DNA from: Mayamaea pseudoterrestris
Taxonomy: Eukaryota
Assembly (NCBI GenBank): GCA_027923505.1
Contig: BROI01000005.1
Location: 930,001 to 994,000 of the forward strand
Direction of reading: 5' to 3'
DNA length: 64,000 nt
The position numbers and the translations under genes were made by a program. Positions 1 through 10,458 of this stretch are shown piece by piece. Under the pieces are notes generated by a model that was not told the DNA's origin, did not search any database, and saw only the letters and a list, made by a program, of their open reading frames with translations. Numbering within the stretch: position 1 is the first letter of the stretch; every line of letters starts with the position of its first letter.

Positions 1-310
1 TCGACGCTCGGTAACACTGTAGAGCCTAGTAGAATCAAGTCTGCATATATATGTGGCATTTACTCGTGCATATGTTATAATAGACTGCATGTCAAAGTAG
101 CGGGGCTGCGTCAAGAATTTTTATGCTGCATGCATGCAACCTGAATTTTACGTCGCACTGTAGTCGTGAGTACTGTTCTGCTATGTCACTACAAACATTA
201 ATGGACTATCAACAAAAACACTCGTTCACGCGGTATTATACTGCCCTACGTGAAGCATCTGCAGGCTGACAGCCCGAACAAGGTATACGCCACATCGGCG
301 AACGCCATTG

Positions 311-1990
311 TCAAGTATGCTGAGCGTCGTCAACCTTTAATCTCTCGTTAGCTGGATCATCTTCATCATCGGATAAGGCGGACGGCACAGTGTCCGTCAT
401 CTCCAACTCAGTATCACCTTCTCCCGATAATGGAAGCTCCATTGCAAAAGCATATTCCTTGGCGGAAGGGTTTGGTTTCCACAAAAAGGCGATGCCGGAG
501 AGCACCACAAAGAATTTGAGTTCAGCTGCAGCCTCGACAATCCACTCATGCTCCTCTCTTACGATACCGTCCTCGTTGTATGCATCAACCAAGCTAAAAA
601 CTGCCATGAATGTCGAGAACAAGACGCCAAAAAGGAAGATCATTCGCAGCTTTAGATATCGTGCAAGCTTGCGACTCTGGCGCATGCCCTCTAAATACTG
701 CATGGTACCATCTAACGCAACCAAGATCCAAATGACAAAGATGATATCAATGGCGGCTACGACAAAAGTCAGAATGGTGGCAGCATCAAATAATTTGACC
801 TCTGTTTGGAACGACAAGGTTTGCATGTCTTGGACAGCAAAGAGAATGACGAGTCCGCGACTAGCGACAACTCCCACGTATACGACAGCCAGGCTAATGA
901 TCTTCTTCGTAGCGGTCCCGAGTGAGTCTCGAATGACGCCCCACCCTAATGCGACCATGACTAGGAGAGCTCGCGCAGAGCCGTGCTTCATGCTTCCCAA
1001 GATAATGCCAAGGTACGTCAAGTATTCCTTCCTCTCACCAACCCAATTCCATGTATGGTAGTCAACGCCTCGAACTGTGACTTCGATCAAACCAAGAAGA
1101 ATGGTGATAAAGACGAAATTTTCAATGTCAATGCGACTGGATTCGTTCTGCTTCATGAGGAAGGCATACCACATAATTAAAGCAAGATATCCGGCCAGAA
1201 GCAGCGTATAAAAGTGCATGAACTGAAAAAGCTCGCCAGGCAAATTTCCGTGCCTTGACTTCCAAATAGCCTTTCCTGTAACCATAATATCCCGGCCTTC
1301 CTCGTCGCAATTAGCAAAAAGAATCACATAGCGTCCAGTTTGGTCCAGTTCCAGTTCTCCTGACCGAAGCTTCTTGGACATGCCTCCTTCCCTTGGTACG
1401 GTAATGGATCGAGTGGTCCCTTCAAACAGAGTTTGATTAATAATGAGTCGCTGCCATTGCCTGTAGTCGGATCCATCGCACAGTCCGGCATCAACAGCAC
1501 CCTGACTGCAGCACCAACGCAGACCACCACTACTATTCTCCGTCTCCAAAATGCCTCCAACGCCAATTTTAGTCCAGTCGCAACCTTCTCTACTATTTGC
1601 GCATTGTTCTGGTTGCTTAAAGACAACAATATCAAGGTAGCTCGCATCGACTTCGACTCCTCCATCCAGTGTTCGATGGTGCCGTTCCCTATCGGACCCC
1701 TTGTCATCATTATCAGCGAGACTTGCATCGTCTCCCATCACGGCATCTCTTGCATCATCGTCTTGTTTGTTGTTTGTATATGCTCCGCTGACGGCTACAA
1801 ATTTGAGGGATGACAGATCGACCGATGCGTCCGGGCCAACGACATATCCATCAGCGTAGTGAACGTATAGATCGGTCGGCGGCATAAGAATCTCAAAATT
1901 TTGAGTTTCTGCCTGCACTCGGTATTTTACGAGCAGTATACCGAGCAGCCACGTTTTGGAACGACTCTTGATAGGCACACAAGCCGCCAT
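311..1990 (-). CDS. TMEM87/GPR107-GPR108 (lung seven-transmembrane receptor, GOST family) protein
   Basis: Single long ORF with N-terminal signal-like segment, lumenal domain (WCC...AVDAGLC, TGRYVILFANC, WKSRHGNLPGELF), seven hydrophobic helices and C-terminal LWKPNPSAKEYA. ATG placed at 1990 (MAACVP). Confidence 0.85.
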   Translation of the reverse strand: MAACVPIKSRSKTWLLGILLVKYRVQAETQNFEILMPPTDLYVHYADGYVVGPDASVDLSSLKFVAVSGAYTNNKQDDDARDAVMGDDASLADNDDKGSDRERHHRTLDGGVEVDASYLDIVVFKQPEQCANSREGCDWTKIGVGGILETENSSGGLRWCCSQGAVDAGLCDGSDYRQWQRLIINQTLFEGTTRSITVPREGGMSKKLRSGELELDQTGRYVILFANCDEEGRDIMVTGKAIWKSRHGNLPGELFQFMHFYTLLLAGYLALIMWYAFLMKQNESSRIDIENFVFITILLGLIEVTVRGVDYHTWNWVGERKEYLTYLGIILGSMKHGSARALLVMVALGWGVIRDSLGTATKKIISLAVVYVGVVASRGLVILFAVQDMQTLSFQTEVKLFDAATILTFVVAAIDIIFVIWILVALDGTMQYLEGMRQSRKLARYLKLRMIFLFGVLFSTFMAVFSLVDAYNEDGIVREEHEWIVEAAAELKFFVVLSGIAFLWKPNPSAKEYAFAMELPLSGEGDTELEMTDTVPSALSDDEDDPANERLKVDDAQHT

Positions 1991-2053
1991 GGTCGAAATG
2001 TTTGTCTGGGTGATTCGAAACGAGTGGCAGTGTGAATTACTACTGTCTGTCAC

Positions 2054-2221
2054 AAGGCAATTGTACGAAACGAGTGCCAGTGTCAATTACGTCATAAGGC
2101 AATAGTATGAAACGAGTGCCAGTGTCACTTACGTCATTAGGCAATATTGTAAAACAAGTGCCAGTGTCTATTACGTCATGAGGCAATATTGCGAAACAAG
2201 TGCCAGTGAAAACTACGTCAT
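2054..2221. repeat. Tandem array of 4 x 42-bp imperfect repeats in the divergent promoter region
   Basis: Units start at 2054, 2096, 2138 and 2180 (consensus aggcaatwktrygaaacragtgccagtgtcwmttacgtcat); each ends in TACGTCAT. Confidence 0.95.
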
Positions 2222-2667
2222 ATAGTTCCTGTGAGATTCGACCGATGATGTCATGTGATGCGAGGCGAGCAACCATGGGAAATTCCGCATTCCGTTTCTT
2301 CGCGCCAAAAGTGGCGCGCTCATCGGCCACGAAAGCGGTTGTCGATCAGCTCACTTCTTTAGGTGCGTCTTCGGTGAAGCCATGATGTTGTCCATGCTTG
2401 CTGCAATTTAAAGTTGCCTTGTTATACAGTTTGCATTAGCGCTGAAACATCAAAGGGGACGATTGTCCATGATCAATTCTTGGATTTGAGAGCAGGCTTC
2501 GAAAGTGGCAGCATGAATGCGTGACACAAATGTTAGTAAACACCGGTATCAGGTAACAGCCATCCTCACCTTCCATTCTCTTGCTTGTTTGGACCCAACA
2601 GGAGGAGAGGATAGTTATCTGTTCTCGATCATTCATTACTCGGAAGAATTTTTTTCACGAAAGCACC

Positions 2668-3456
2668 ATGTCCAAACTCAACGCCGATCTCCTTCAAGAG
2701 GCTGTCGAAACGTAAGTCCCTCGAGAGTCATTCTTCTTTCACCTGTTGAGACAAGAAGTGTCAAGTTATGCGATATTACTCACTGTCGAACCATTGTCAC
2801 TTTATTCCAGCGTCATGAAGTTCTCTAGCGGAGAGGACGTCGAAGTCAACGGCATCGAAAAGAAGGGGAAGAAACGCAACTTTACGGAAACGATTGAAGC
2901 GCAAATCACACTCAAGAACTACGATCCCGTCCGCGACAAGCGTTTCAGCGGAACATTTAAGTTACCTGCCATTCCTCGTCCCCAGCTCAAATGCTGCGTG
3001 TTGGGAAACGCGGCGCATTGCGAGCAAGCTGAGCGCATTGGAGTCGATCACATGAGTGTTGAGGATTTGAAGAAACTTAACAAGAACAAGAAACTCGTCA
3101 AGAAACTTTCCAAGCAGTACGACTTTTTCTTGTCGTCCAACAACTTGATCAAGCAGATCCCCCGTCTACTTGGACCTGGTTTAACCAAGGCTGGAAAGTT
3201 TCCCACCTTGCTTGGACCCTCGGATGACATGCAAGAGAAGATTGACGAGCTCAAAGCCACGATCAAATTTCAGATGAAGAAGGTCATGTGCTTGAACGTT
3301 GCAGTTGGCAACATTACCATGGACGCTCGTGAAGTTTGCGTCAACACGCAGCTCGCGTCCAATTTTTTGGCTTCGCTTCTCAAAAAGCAGTGGCAGAATA
3401 TTGGACAAATCTACCTCAAGTCCACCATGGGACCATCGGTTCAGATTTACTTTTAA
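2668..3456 (+). CDS. RPL10A: 60S ribosomal protein L10a (uL1), 2 exons: 2668-2711, 2811-3456
   Basis: [14 protein letters not shown], then intron gtaagt...ttccag (2712-2810), then [28 protein letters not shown]...[13 protein letters not shown]. Confidence 0.97.
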
Positions 3457-3832
3457 GAGAATTAGTTGGTGGAGCGTGCTGTATTGTTGTGGAATCGGTT
3501 TGTTGGATGGGGATGGTGCGAGTTGGCGTATGGCGTAGATAGGTTAACGGAAAATGTTAGTCACAGTGTTGCTGTGCAATGTTAGCAGTCAACAGTAGGT
3601 ACTCTATATGATGTAATGATACACATTGAATACAACGTCCATTCGCCGTCTCGACGTCCATGGCCCTGCTGAAACTTGAAAGTGTCGCAGCTACAGGTAG
3701 TAGCTAAACGTTCCAAAGCGGACGTCGCATCGCGACTCGTGTCCAGGCAGATGCGGCCATGGATCATTCTGCAACGCGGACCTTGAAATCCTTCGGGCTA
3801 CCGGTAGTTGCTGTCGTTATCATAGCGTATTC

Positions 3833-6800
3833 ATGATAGACCTACATAATTTCAAGCGCGCTCGATCGCAAGATAGCGACGATGCCGCAGCGTCGGTAAA
3901 CTTGTTACAGAGCAGTCCAGAGCAAGCGACGGACGAGGACGAGGACGAGGGGGACGACGAACAAGGGTCGCAGTCGCAGCAACCTTCACCAACCACACGT
4001 ACGCTCGAGATGCTATCGTCGCAGCAGCTTTCTCAGGATGATCTCATGTATGATCATTCGCAGCGACATGTTGACGCAACTCGCGTTCAGCAAGAACAAA
4101 ATAGTTTGAGCAATAGTCAGAATGAACACCGAACATTCATTTCGACGACGGACGCTGTTGAAGCTCAACCAATGACAATGGGGCGATCCATGCAACATAT
4201 TGAAGCCGCGGAAAATAAACAAGCGTCACACCGAGCGAGTCGAGAGATTATTGTCACGAAGCAATGCTCACCGGGTAAACGTTCGACGGAGGGCAAAGAA
4301 ACGGACGCAGACGCAGCGATCGATTCGGACGATGAAACAGTCGATCCTGACGAGCTGGTTGCAGCGAACCTCCCGATTAGCCGCTGGACATCGCCACGCA
4401 AGACAAGCGCCATTCTAACCTTTGAAAATGAAAAGGAGGCTAACTTACTGCTGCAAGACGAAAGCAAACAACTCGAAAAAGATTTTTCCAATCATCATCG
4501 TAGCAGGCGCGTTGCGCAAATGGATCCAGCGACGAAACAAATCATTGCCAAATTTCCTTCCTTCGCCAAAGCTGCCGAACAAGTGGAAAAGAACCCTTCA
4601 CAAATCTCTTCATATCGTTCCGCCATCGGAAGAGTTGCTGCTGCAGGTATTGGAGTTTGTCGCAAAGGATTTGCTTGGAAGTATGTGGACGGTGACGAGG
4701 ACTTGAGCAGTCGACCCGTACCTGTGCCAAACCCACCCACAATTACTTCAACGCAATGTATTACGAAACAAGCACCTGTAAATCAGCGAAACGACCAACA
4801 AAAGACTGGCTATTCGTGGAAACAGGTCGCTCATGTCGACGAAAATGGCAACATTATTGAAGTCTTTTCGTCATACGCGCAGGCTGCCAAGGCCCACGAG
4901 CTCAAGACGGCTCGCCAAAACGCTTATGCAGTATCCATTGGACGGGCGGCGACGGGAAAGCGAGTCACTTGCTGCAAGGGCATGTCGTGGAAGTTGATTG
5001 TCGACAAGATGATCCACCAACCTTACGTCAACGCACCCGAGCAATCTCCTTCTGATGTTGACCGACTTGTTGCCACCACGTCACAACTAACGACACCATC
5101 TGATTTCTCTTTGGTATCGATGGCTTTGTCGACAAAGTCGGACCGACAGAGCCGCTCAGAAACTACCGGTCGAGCCATTGCCCAACTTGACACCTCTGGC
5201 GCCATATTAGACACCTTTGCAAGCTGTGCCAATGCCGCCAGAGCGCTGGAACCGATTGTGGCGATGCGAACGAGGTACCGCAAAGAGATCGGTGAGGTTC
5301 TCGCTCAGAAAAAACAGAAGTGCCGCAAAGGCTATGGGTGGCAACGATGTGATAATCACAGCACCACTTCCAACATACCATATCGAACGACAGCAGTGAG
5401 ATGCGTCATGAATGCACCAAGAAAGAAAAGTCAAAAGCTCTCGAGATCAAAAGGTGTTGCCAAGCACGTCTCTTTCGCTGCATGTGCGAAACTGCGACAG
5501 AGCTCTGCTACAGCTTCACAAGCTGTCACGCCGCCCTGCAGAACACCCTCTAAGACACCTTCATTGTCAACCGCCGACGCACCGAGGGGCTACAAGTATA
5601 GCCTCAACACTGTCACTATAACCATGGAAGGATCGCTTGACATGCTCGTCACTCAATATGATAGCCCAATGGATTTGAAAGAAATTATAAATACGGAACA
5701 ACTTATTTGTTGTAAAGCTCACCAGATTAACCAATCTGGAATCGGTGCCAAGTCTGGCTTCTGTGAGGAGGATGTGCTATTGCAAAAAGTAGGCGACACT
5801 CTTCGATTCTGGGAGTATGAATCTTTTCGGAAGGTTGCTCGACACTGGCCACGGCCTCTGCAAGTTTTGGTTGCACGGAAACTAAACAAAGCGGACGTTG
5901 AAAGCGCATCAGCGTTACTCGCCCTGCAGGTTCACCTGCCACTGATAAAGCCCACGTCCCTAAACCCCAATATTTTATCGCCTAACAAATCAAGAGCTAT
6001 TGGTCAAATGCCGATGGCTCAAGCGGTCGACTGCTGTACAAATGTGGGAATGGATAATGGCGTCGTCCCTTTCTGCAAGCTTTGCAACGGTGGTCACTTT
6101 CGCGAGCATCATGCATGGTGCCCCGAGCACCCTCATTTCCACCACAACAATGCAGAGAAAATCCTTAATCGCATTCGACGTGGCATAATGCTCAAGTGCG
6201 CTACATGCGCTGAAGAGTACACAACTGGCAAAATCGTACCATCCACAATTCATTCGGAAATCTGTCGAAGCGACCAGGCCAAGACGAATAGGGCAGAAAA
6301 GGCAACGGGTGGTAGTAAACGGAAACTCGAGTCAAACAAAGAGACGGAACTATTGTCCGTTGGGACTGGAGCCAAAGCTCTTGAACAAATGAAAAAGCGA
6401 AAACCTTTGGTCATGTCCATTACTAAAAGAACGAATCACGACAGCTCGACAAATCAGTTGAAGCCGACCATCCACAATCCATCCTGTGCTGTCGTCGGAG
6501 TCGTCCAACCAAATGGTCATGTTTTGACACCCCAACTGCCTCAACAGCAGCGGCAGATGTCATATTGGGATATGAATTCGACACTAGATACTAAACTAGC
6601 GACCATTGATTGGGTATCGAGCAATGCTGATTTTTGGGGCTTTGAGGGTTACAAGGAAGACGACGTATTAGTCTGGTCCATATGTGGTGGTATAGGCCAT
6701 CTTGAAACTTTACTGCCATCAGAAAGATTCGTTGTCGATCCGTTTGCATCAAGTCGAGGCTACAAGCATTCTCATACTACTCCAGGCGAAGGCTTTCACA

Positions 6801-8209
6801 ACCTCCTTTTACGTCGCGATCCCTTTGGGAAGCTACCGTGGGGTTTCGATTGGGAGCGGCATACATTAGGAGGAGCGTGCCTCGTAACGAGAGTGGATAC
6901 GTGCACCCCGGCGAGTGTTGCGGTACGTAACCTCTACTTCTCTCCTGTTTTATTAATCATATCGTGTCTCATTACCGACGCTATCGTTCTATTCATAAAG
7001 ACATTTCTCGGCGATCCGTCCCGGAGTGATGCCAGCAAACTGCGAGGGAACGATATGCTTCTCGCCATCAACGGGCTAGCAATCGGCGGTATGACCAGCG
7101 AAGACTTGCAATGTGAGCTCGAATTATCTGGGCAGAACTTGCAGCTCGTGGTCTCGCGAAGCAAACAATCACTGCACGAGGAGAGTTGCAATCTACTTGC
7201 TCAAGAGGCTTTGAATACTGCTTTTGATGAAGCCTCGTCCAAAATACAAAGTGACAATGCGTTTGCGCGGCAAACTTCTCCTTTGAGATTGCAATCGCAC
7301 CGTCTTTTGGATATTTATCAGGAAGACACAGAATTAAATAGCGAAACACACCAGTCCATCGCATTGCAAACTGGCGCAGTCGACGATACGCCCTGCGTTA
7401 TTGTTCAAACAGACAAAACGGGCGCATCAGCTTTTACGACTACATCCACACGTGATGCAATTAACTCCGGTCCGATCAGTGAGGACGGATCACCATTTCA
7501 AACCAAAGCAAAAGACGTTGATGGTTCAGAAGGCAGCATCATTGAGGACGAAGCATCCCACGAAAGTCAGTACGTTTCAAATGGATGCATTTGCGGCGTA
7601 ACTCATACGCGACTTGAAGTATTTTGGATTCGTTGCGATGGTTGCGACTCGTGGTATTGCATTGCGGAAAGGTGCGCTGGCATGACAAAGGCCGAAGCCG
7701 AGGCTCTGCAAACGTGGTTGTGTCTCGCCTGCGACGAATGTCCGCCCAATGGCGCTGAACCAGGTCAGAAAGCACGTCCAATTAGCGCTGCTGCTGTCGC
7801 ATTCGACGTTGCAGCAGTAGGACTGGATGCGCTTGGTATAAATGCTTCCGAGTCTAATGAAATCGTGTCGGCTTTAAATGCATTCGATGGCGCGATATGC
7901 CAGTCGGACCAAGCGGATCATGTTGTAGGCTTAAAAAGCTGGGCACAATCTGACGATTTTGATCAAAATTGCGAGGCGAATTTGCACTCAGAAGTGGAAG
8001 TATTTCCGAAGGACCTTGTCGTGTACATCACTCAGCATGCGTGGGTTGGAGTGGATAATCCAGCTGGGATCGCCAAGGTTCTAGCCTCTCGAATTGACGA
8101 GGATGGCGATCGTGTATATGACATTCGCTATGTCGTTGGTGGCAGTCGCAAGAATGTCTTGGCAAAATACGTTAGCCGCCACAGCTGGACGCATCCTGCG
8201 GGCTGGTGA
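3833..8209 (+). CDS. Large putative nuclear protein: 3 NUMOD1/IENR1-like repeats, PDZ-like domains, Cys/His cluster, PHD finger, C-terminal Tudor-like domain
   Basis: Three repeats of VAQxD..G.II..F.S...AA...I......CxKG(F/Y/M).W at 4499-5353; PDZ-like PWGF...LRGNDMLLAING; PHD CICG...WIRCDGCDSWY...C...WLCLAC; GIAKVLASRIDEDGDRVYDIRYVVG. Probable in-frame intron 6923-7000. Confidence 0.75.
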   Translation: MIDLHNFKRARSQDSDDAAASVNLLQSSPEQATDEDEDEGDDEQGSQSQQPSPTTRTLEMLSSQQLSQDDLMYDHSQRHVDATRVQQEQNSLSNSQNEHRTFISTTDAVEAQPMTMGRSMQHIEAAENKQASHRASREIIVTKQCSPGKRSTEGKETDADAAIDSDDETVDPDELVAANLPISRWTSPRKTSAILTFENEKEANLLLQDESKQLEKDFSNHHRSRRVAQMDPATKQIIAKFPSFAKAAEQVEKNPSQISSYRSAIGRVAAAGIGVCRKGFAWKYVDGDEDLSSRPVPVPNPPTITSTQCITKQAPVNQRNDQQKTGYSWKQVAHVDENGNIIEVFSSYAQAAKAHELKTARQNAYAVSIGRAATGKRVTCCKGMSWKLIVDKMIHQPYVNAPEQSPSDVDRLVATTSQLTTPSDFSLVSMALSTKSDRQSRSETTGRAIAQLDTSGAILDTFASCANAARALEPIVAMRTRYRKEIGEVLAQKKQKCRKGYGWQRCDNHSTTSNIPYRTTAVRCVMNAPRKKSQKLSRSKGVAKHVSFAACAKLRQSSATASQAVTPPCRTPSKTPSLSTADAPRGYKYSLNTVTITMEGSLDMLVTQYDSPMDLKEIINTEQLICCKAHQINQSGIGAKSGFCEEDVLLQKVGDTLRFWEYESFRKVARHWPRPLQVLVARKLNKADVESASALLALQVHLPLIKPTSLNPNILSPNKSRAIGQMPMAQAVDCCTNVGMDNGVVPFCKLCNGGHFREHHAWCPEHPHFHHNNAEKILNRIRRGIMLKCATCAEEYTTGKIVPSTIHSEICRSDQAKTNRAEKATGGSKRKLESNKETELLSVGTGAKALEQMKKRKPLVMSITKRTNHDSSTNQLKPTIHNPSCAVVGVVQPNGHVLTPQLPQQQRQMSYWDMNSTLDTKLATIDWVSSNADFWGFEGYKEDDVLVWSICGGIGHLETLLPSERFVVDPFASSRGYKHSHTTPGEGFHNLLLRRDPFGKLPWGFDWERHTLGGACLVTRVDTCTPASVAVRNLYFSPVLLIISCLITDAIVLFIKTFLGDPSRSDASKLRGNDMLLAINGLAIGGMTSEDLQCELELSGQNLQLVVSRSKQSLHEESCNLLAQEALNTAFDEASSKIQSDNAFARQTSPLRLQSHRLLDIYQEDTELNSETHQSIALQTGAVDDTPCVIVQTDKTGASAFTTTSTRDAINSGPISEDGSPFQTKAKDVDGSEGSIIEDEASHESQYVSNGCICGVTHTRLEVFWIRCDGCDSWYCIAERCAGMTKAEAEALQTWLCLACDECPPNGAEPGQKARPISAAAVAFDVAAVGLDALGINASESNEIVSALNAFDGAICQSDQADHVVGLKSWAQSDDFDQNCEANLHSEVEVFPKDLVVYITQHAWVGVDNPAGIAKVLASRIDEDGDRVYDIRYVVGGSRKNVLAKYVSRHSWTHPAGW

Positions 8210-8422
8210 TGTAGAGGTTGCGCAACCTTCACGGGGAAGGGTTGAAGGCGTCGATTTCTAGTGTCTATAAATCCATAGCGTTTTTATTATGTGTTTATCG
8301 AGAAGTACTATGTAAATTTCGTAAAAGATCATGCACGAAACTATTCTCAATCATTGCCACAAACACCAACGCTGACTACCGGCAATTCAAACTTTTAGTT
8401 CGTAATCACTACAATACCATAC

Positions 8423-9164
8423 TCATCCTCGTGGTGTAGCAAGTGGATTGACCCGACGAAGAATGGGCTGTCCTCGAGCGACGTGCAGTCCAGCCGCACC
8501 TACGTGCAAGGGCACAAGATACTTGCCGTAGACGCCAAGGTTTTTGTGAATGGCAAAAGCGTTCTTGGCTATAGATCCGTTTGGAGTGTCCGATCCTGCA
8601 AACGTCTTGTAAAAGAATGGAAGCCCTTTACCACCATAGTATCCCATGGCGATGCCGCTGGCTACAACGCAAGAGAGGCAAAACGAAGGTGAGCCAATCT
8701 TCGCTCGGGCAGCATTTTACAATTAGTTTGTAAGTACCGTCTTCCTGGGAGTACTGACTTACCAGGCATAATAACCATGAATGCATAGAGGAGCTTATGT
8801 GTAAAAGACCCAAGTGAATTTTCCACTCGGCTATTCCCAATCAACGGCATGATTCTGTAGCTGCCCATGGAAAGGACTCGGTAAGCTACGCGAGGAAAGA
8901 CAATCATACCCGACAGTAAGCCCAAAGACTTATGGCGATACATCCACAGACCCTTCTCCTCCTTGGGGGATTGCTGCGCCTTGAGAACGGCGCCAATACT
9001 GCCAATCTGTGAGATGAGAGTGTGAGCGTTTCGTGCAATTGTGACGATGCCCATACCCATACCGGTATTATACCATATCATCATATTCATACCATTGGCA
9101 CCGCTGCACACCAATGGAACAACGATGCAGCCTTTGTGTACGTCGTTCTTGTAGCAACCGACAT
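8423..9164 (-). CDS. Di-haem cytochrome b561 (bacterial CybB/YceJ type), 3 exons: 9164-9093, 9006-8763, 8661-8423
   Basis: Spliced product MSVATRTTYTKAASLFHW...YRHKSLG...THKLLYAFMVIMPASGIAMGYYGGKGLPFF...IHK...LHVGAAGLH. Haem-ligand histidines are present, and both GT-AG introns restore the frame. Confidence 0.85.
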
Positions 9165-10458
9165 GACTGAATATGAGGCCGGTTGATGCAGTGATATGTA
9201 TGTGTAGCAATGGTCGTCTAGGCAGGCACATCACTGCGCACTGCGCAGCGTCCAAATCTGTGAAGCTCGCAAGATCGTCGGGCGTGAGAGCGGCATTGAA
9301 AAGACATTTTGCCGCGCCGATGGGACGACGATCAGTGAGACGATGACTCGACATGGCCATGGGGGATTGCGGAGAGCACGACGAGCTTGGGCAGCAGCAC
9401 TGCTCCATCGAAACGACGCTCTTTTTATCCAAGCTACCGTAGCTACTTGGCGAGGTGCATCGCAGCGAGACTAGTCAAGTCGGACAAAATAATTCATCCG
9501 AGTCTGCTTTCAACTCCAAACTACACTCGTCGAAAGATTTGCGGAACAAAGCGCTGCGATGAGGCAATCCTTTGGATCAGTGGCCCACATCCTGCCTCAA
9601 AGAATGATATTGACATTTTCGCGAGGGGCTGAAGCTCTTGGTGCTACCAGGAAAACGAGGCATTGCTGACAATGGGTATGTTTGCGAGGCAGGGACCCTC
9701 AGTACTGTACACCAAATTTTTATCACGATCCCAAAGTACGTACGTCCATGAGTCGACTGCGCGCTCGGCAGGAGTATAAGTGCCTCAGTGGAACGTTTCG
9801 GCATGGAGCTGACGTACGTATTGTTGGTTTAGATGCTGTTTGTGTCATCTTGCAGTATGAGATGCAATATCGCATATCGCCCCTTGTTTGCTGTTGTTGA
9901 AACGATTTGATACAACAAGTTGACCAGTGAGTTTAACGAACGTGACGAATATTAAATACAGTAGATATGTTATATTACCTTCTACTTTGATGCGCAGGTA
10001 ACAGCAGTGCCCTTGCGAAAAAGGCAGCAACCTTGACACTGTATGAGAAGTGCCGGATCAGATAGAATGCAGTTGGCTGCCTCCGCGCTTACTACCATTC
10101 CGAGGAGTACGTGGGATTTCAAGGACAGCACCACTCACCGCTTCATCAACCCTTCACCAGCGCACAACTCAACCAAAAACAGCTGTCATAAAGTCAACTC
10201 TCAGCTCGTCAATGTATCTGCAAAAACCATGGCTTTGTCCCCAGCCCCGATTGCTGTACTTTCTTGAAACATGGTTTTAGTACCTAGTGGTATGGCTGCA
10301 CATTGTACATAATACTAGAGAAAATCGATTTTTATTGTTATAGGTGTTCCAACCTCTGTTTGGATCAGACGCCGGAAACCTCACAGTTCAGCATTCAATA
10401 CCAAATTGACGACGTTGAGTTTACAACGATGTACCACAGAGTATATTGTTACTGCGCC

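Noticed and set aside
390..1061. Antisense ORFs over real genes (also 12695-13312, 20699-21145, 49298-49925, 54386-54811)
   Set aside because: They are shadow frames of well-supported genes on the opposite strand.
2054..2221. 42-bp repeat array as a CRISPR array
   Set aside because: The units are contiguous and similar along their whole length with no unique spacers, there are no cas genes, and the context is eukaryotic.
2040..2330. 96-aa minus-strand ORF with DTGT.F..LP.DV repeats
   Set aside because: It is simply a translation of the 42-bp array, lacks an ATG start and has no other coding support.
8662..9432. 256-aa ORF as the full cytochrome b561
   Set aside because: Only 8763-9006 is coding in that frame; the true N-terminus with the first haem His lies in a separate exon in another frame.
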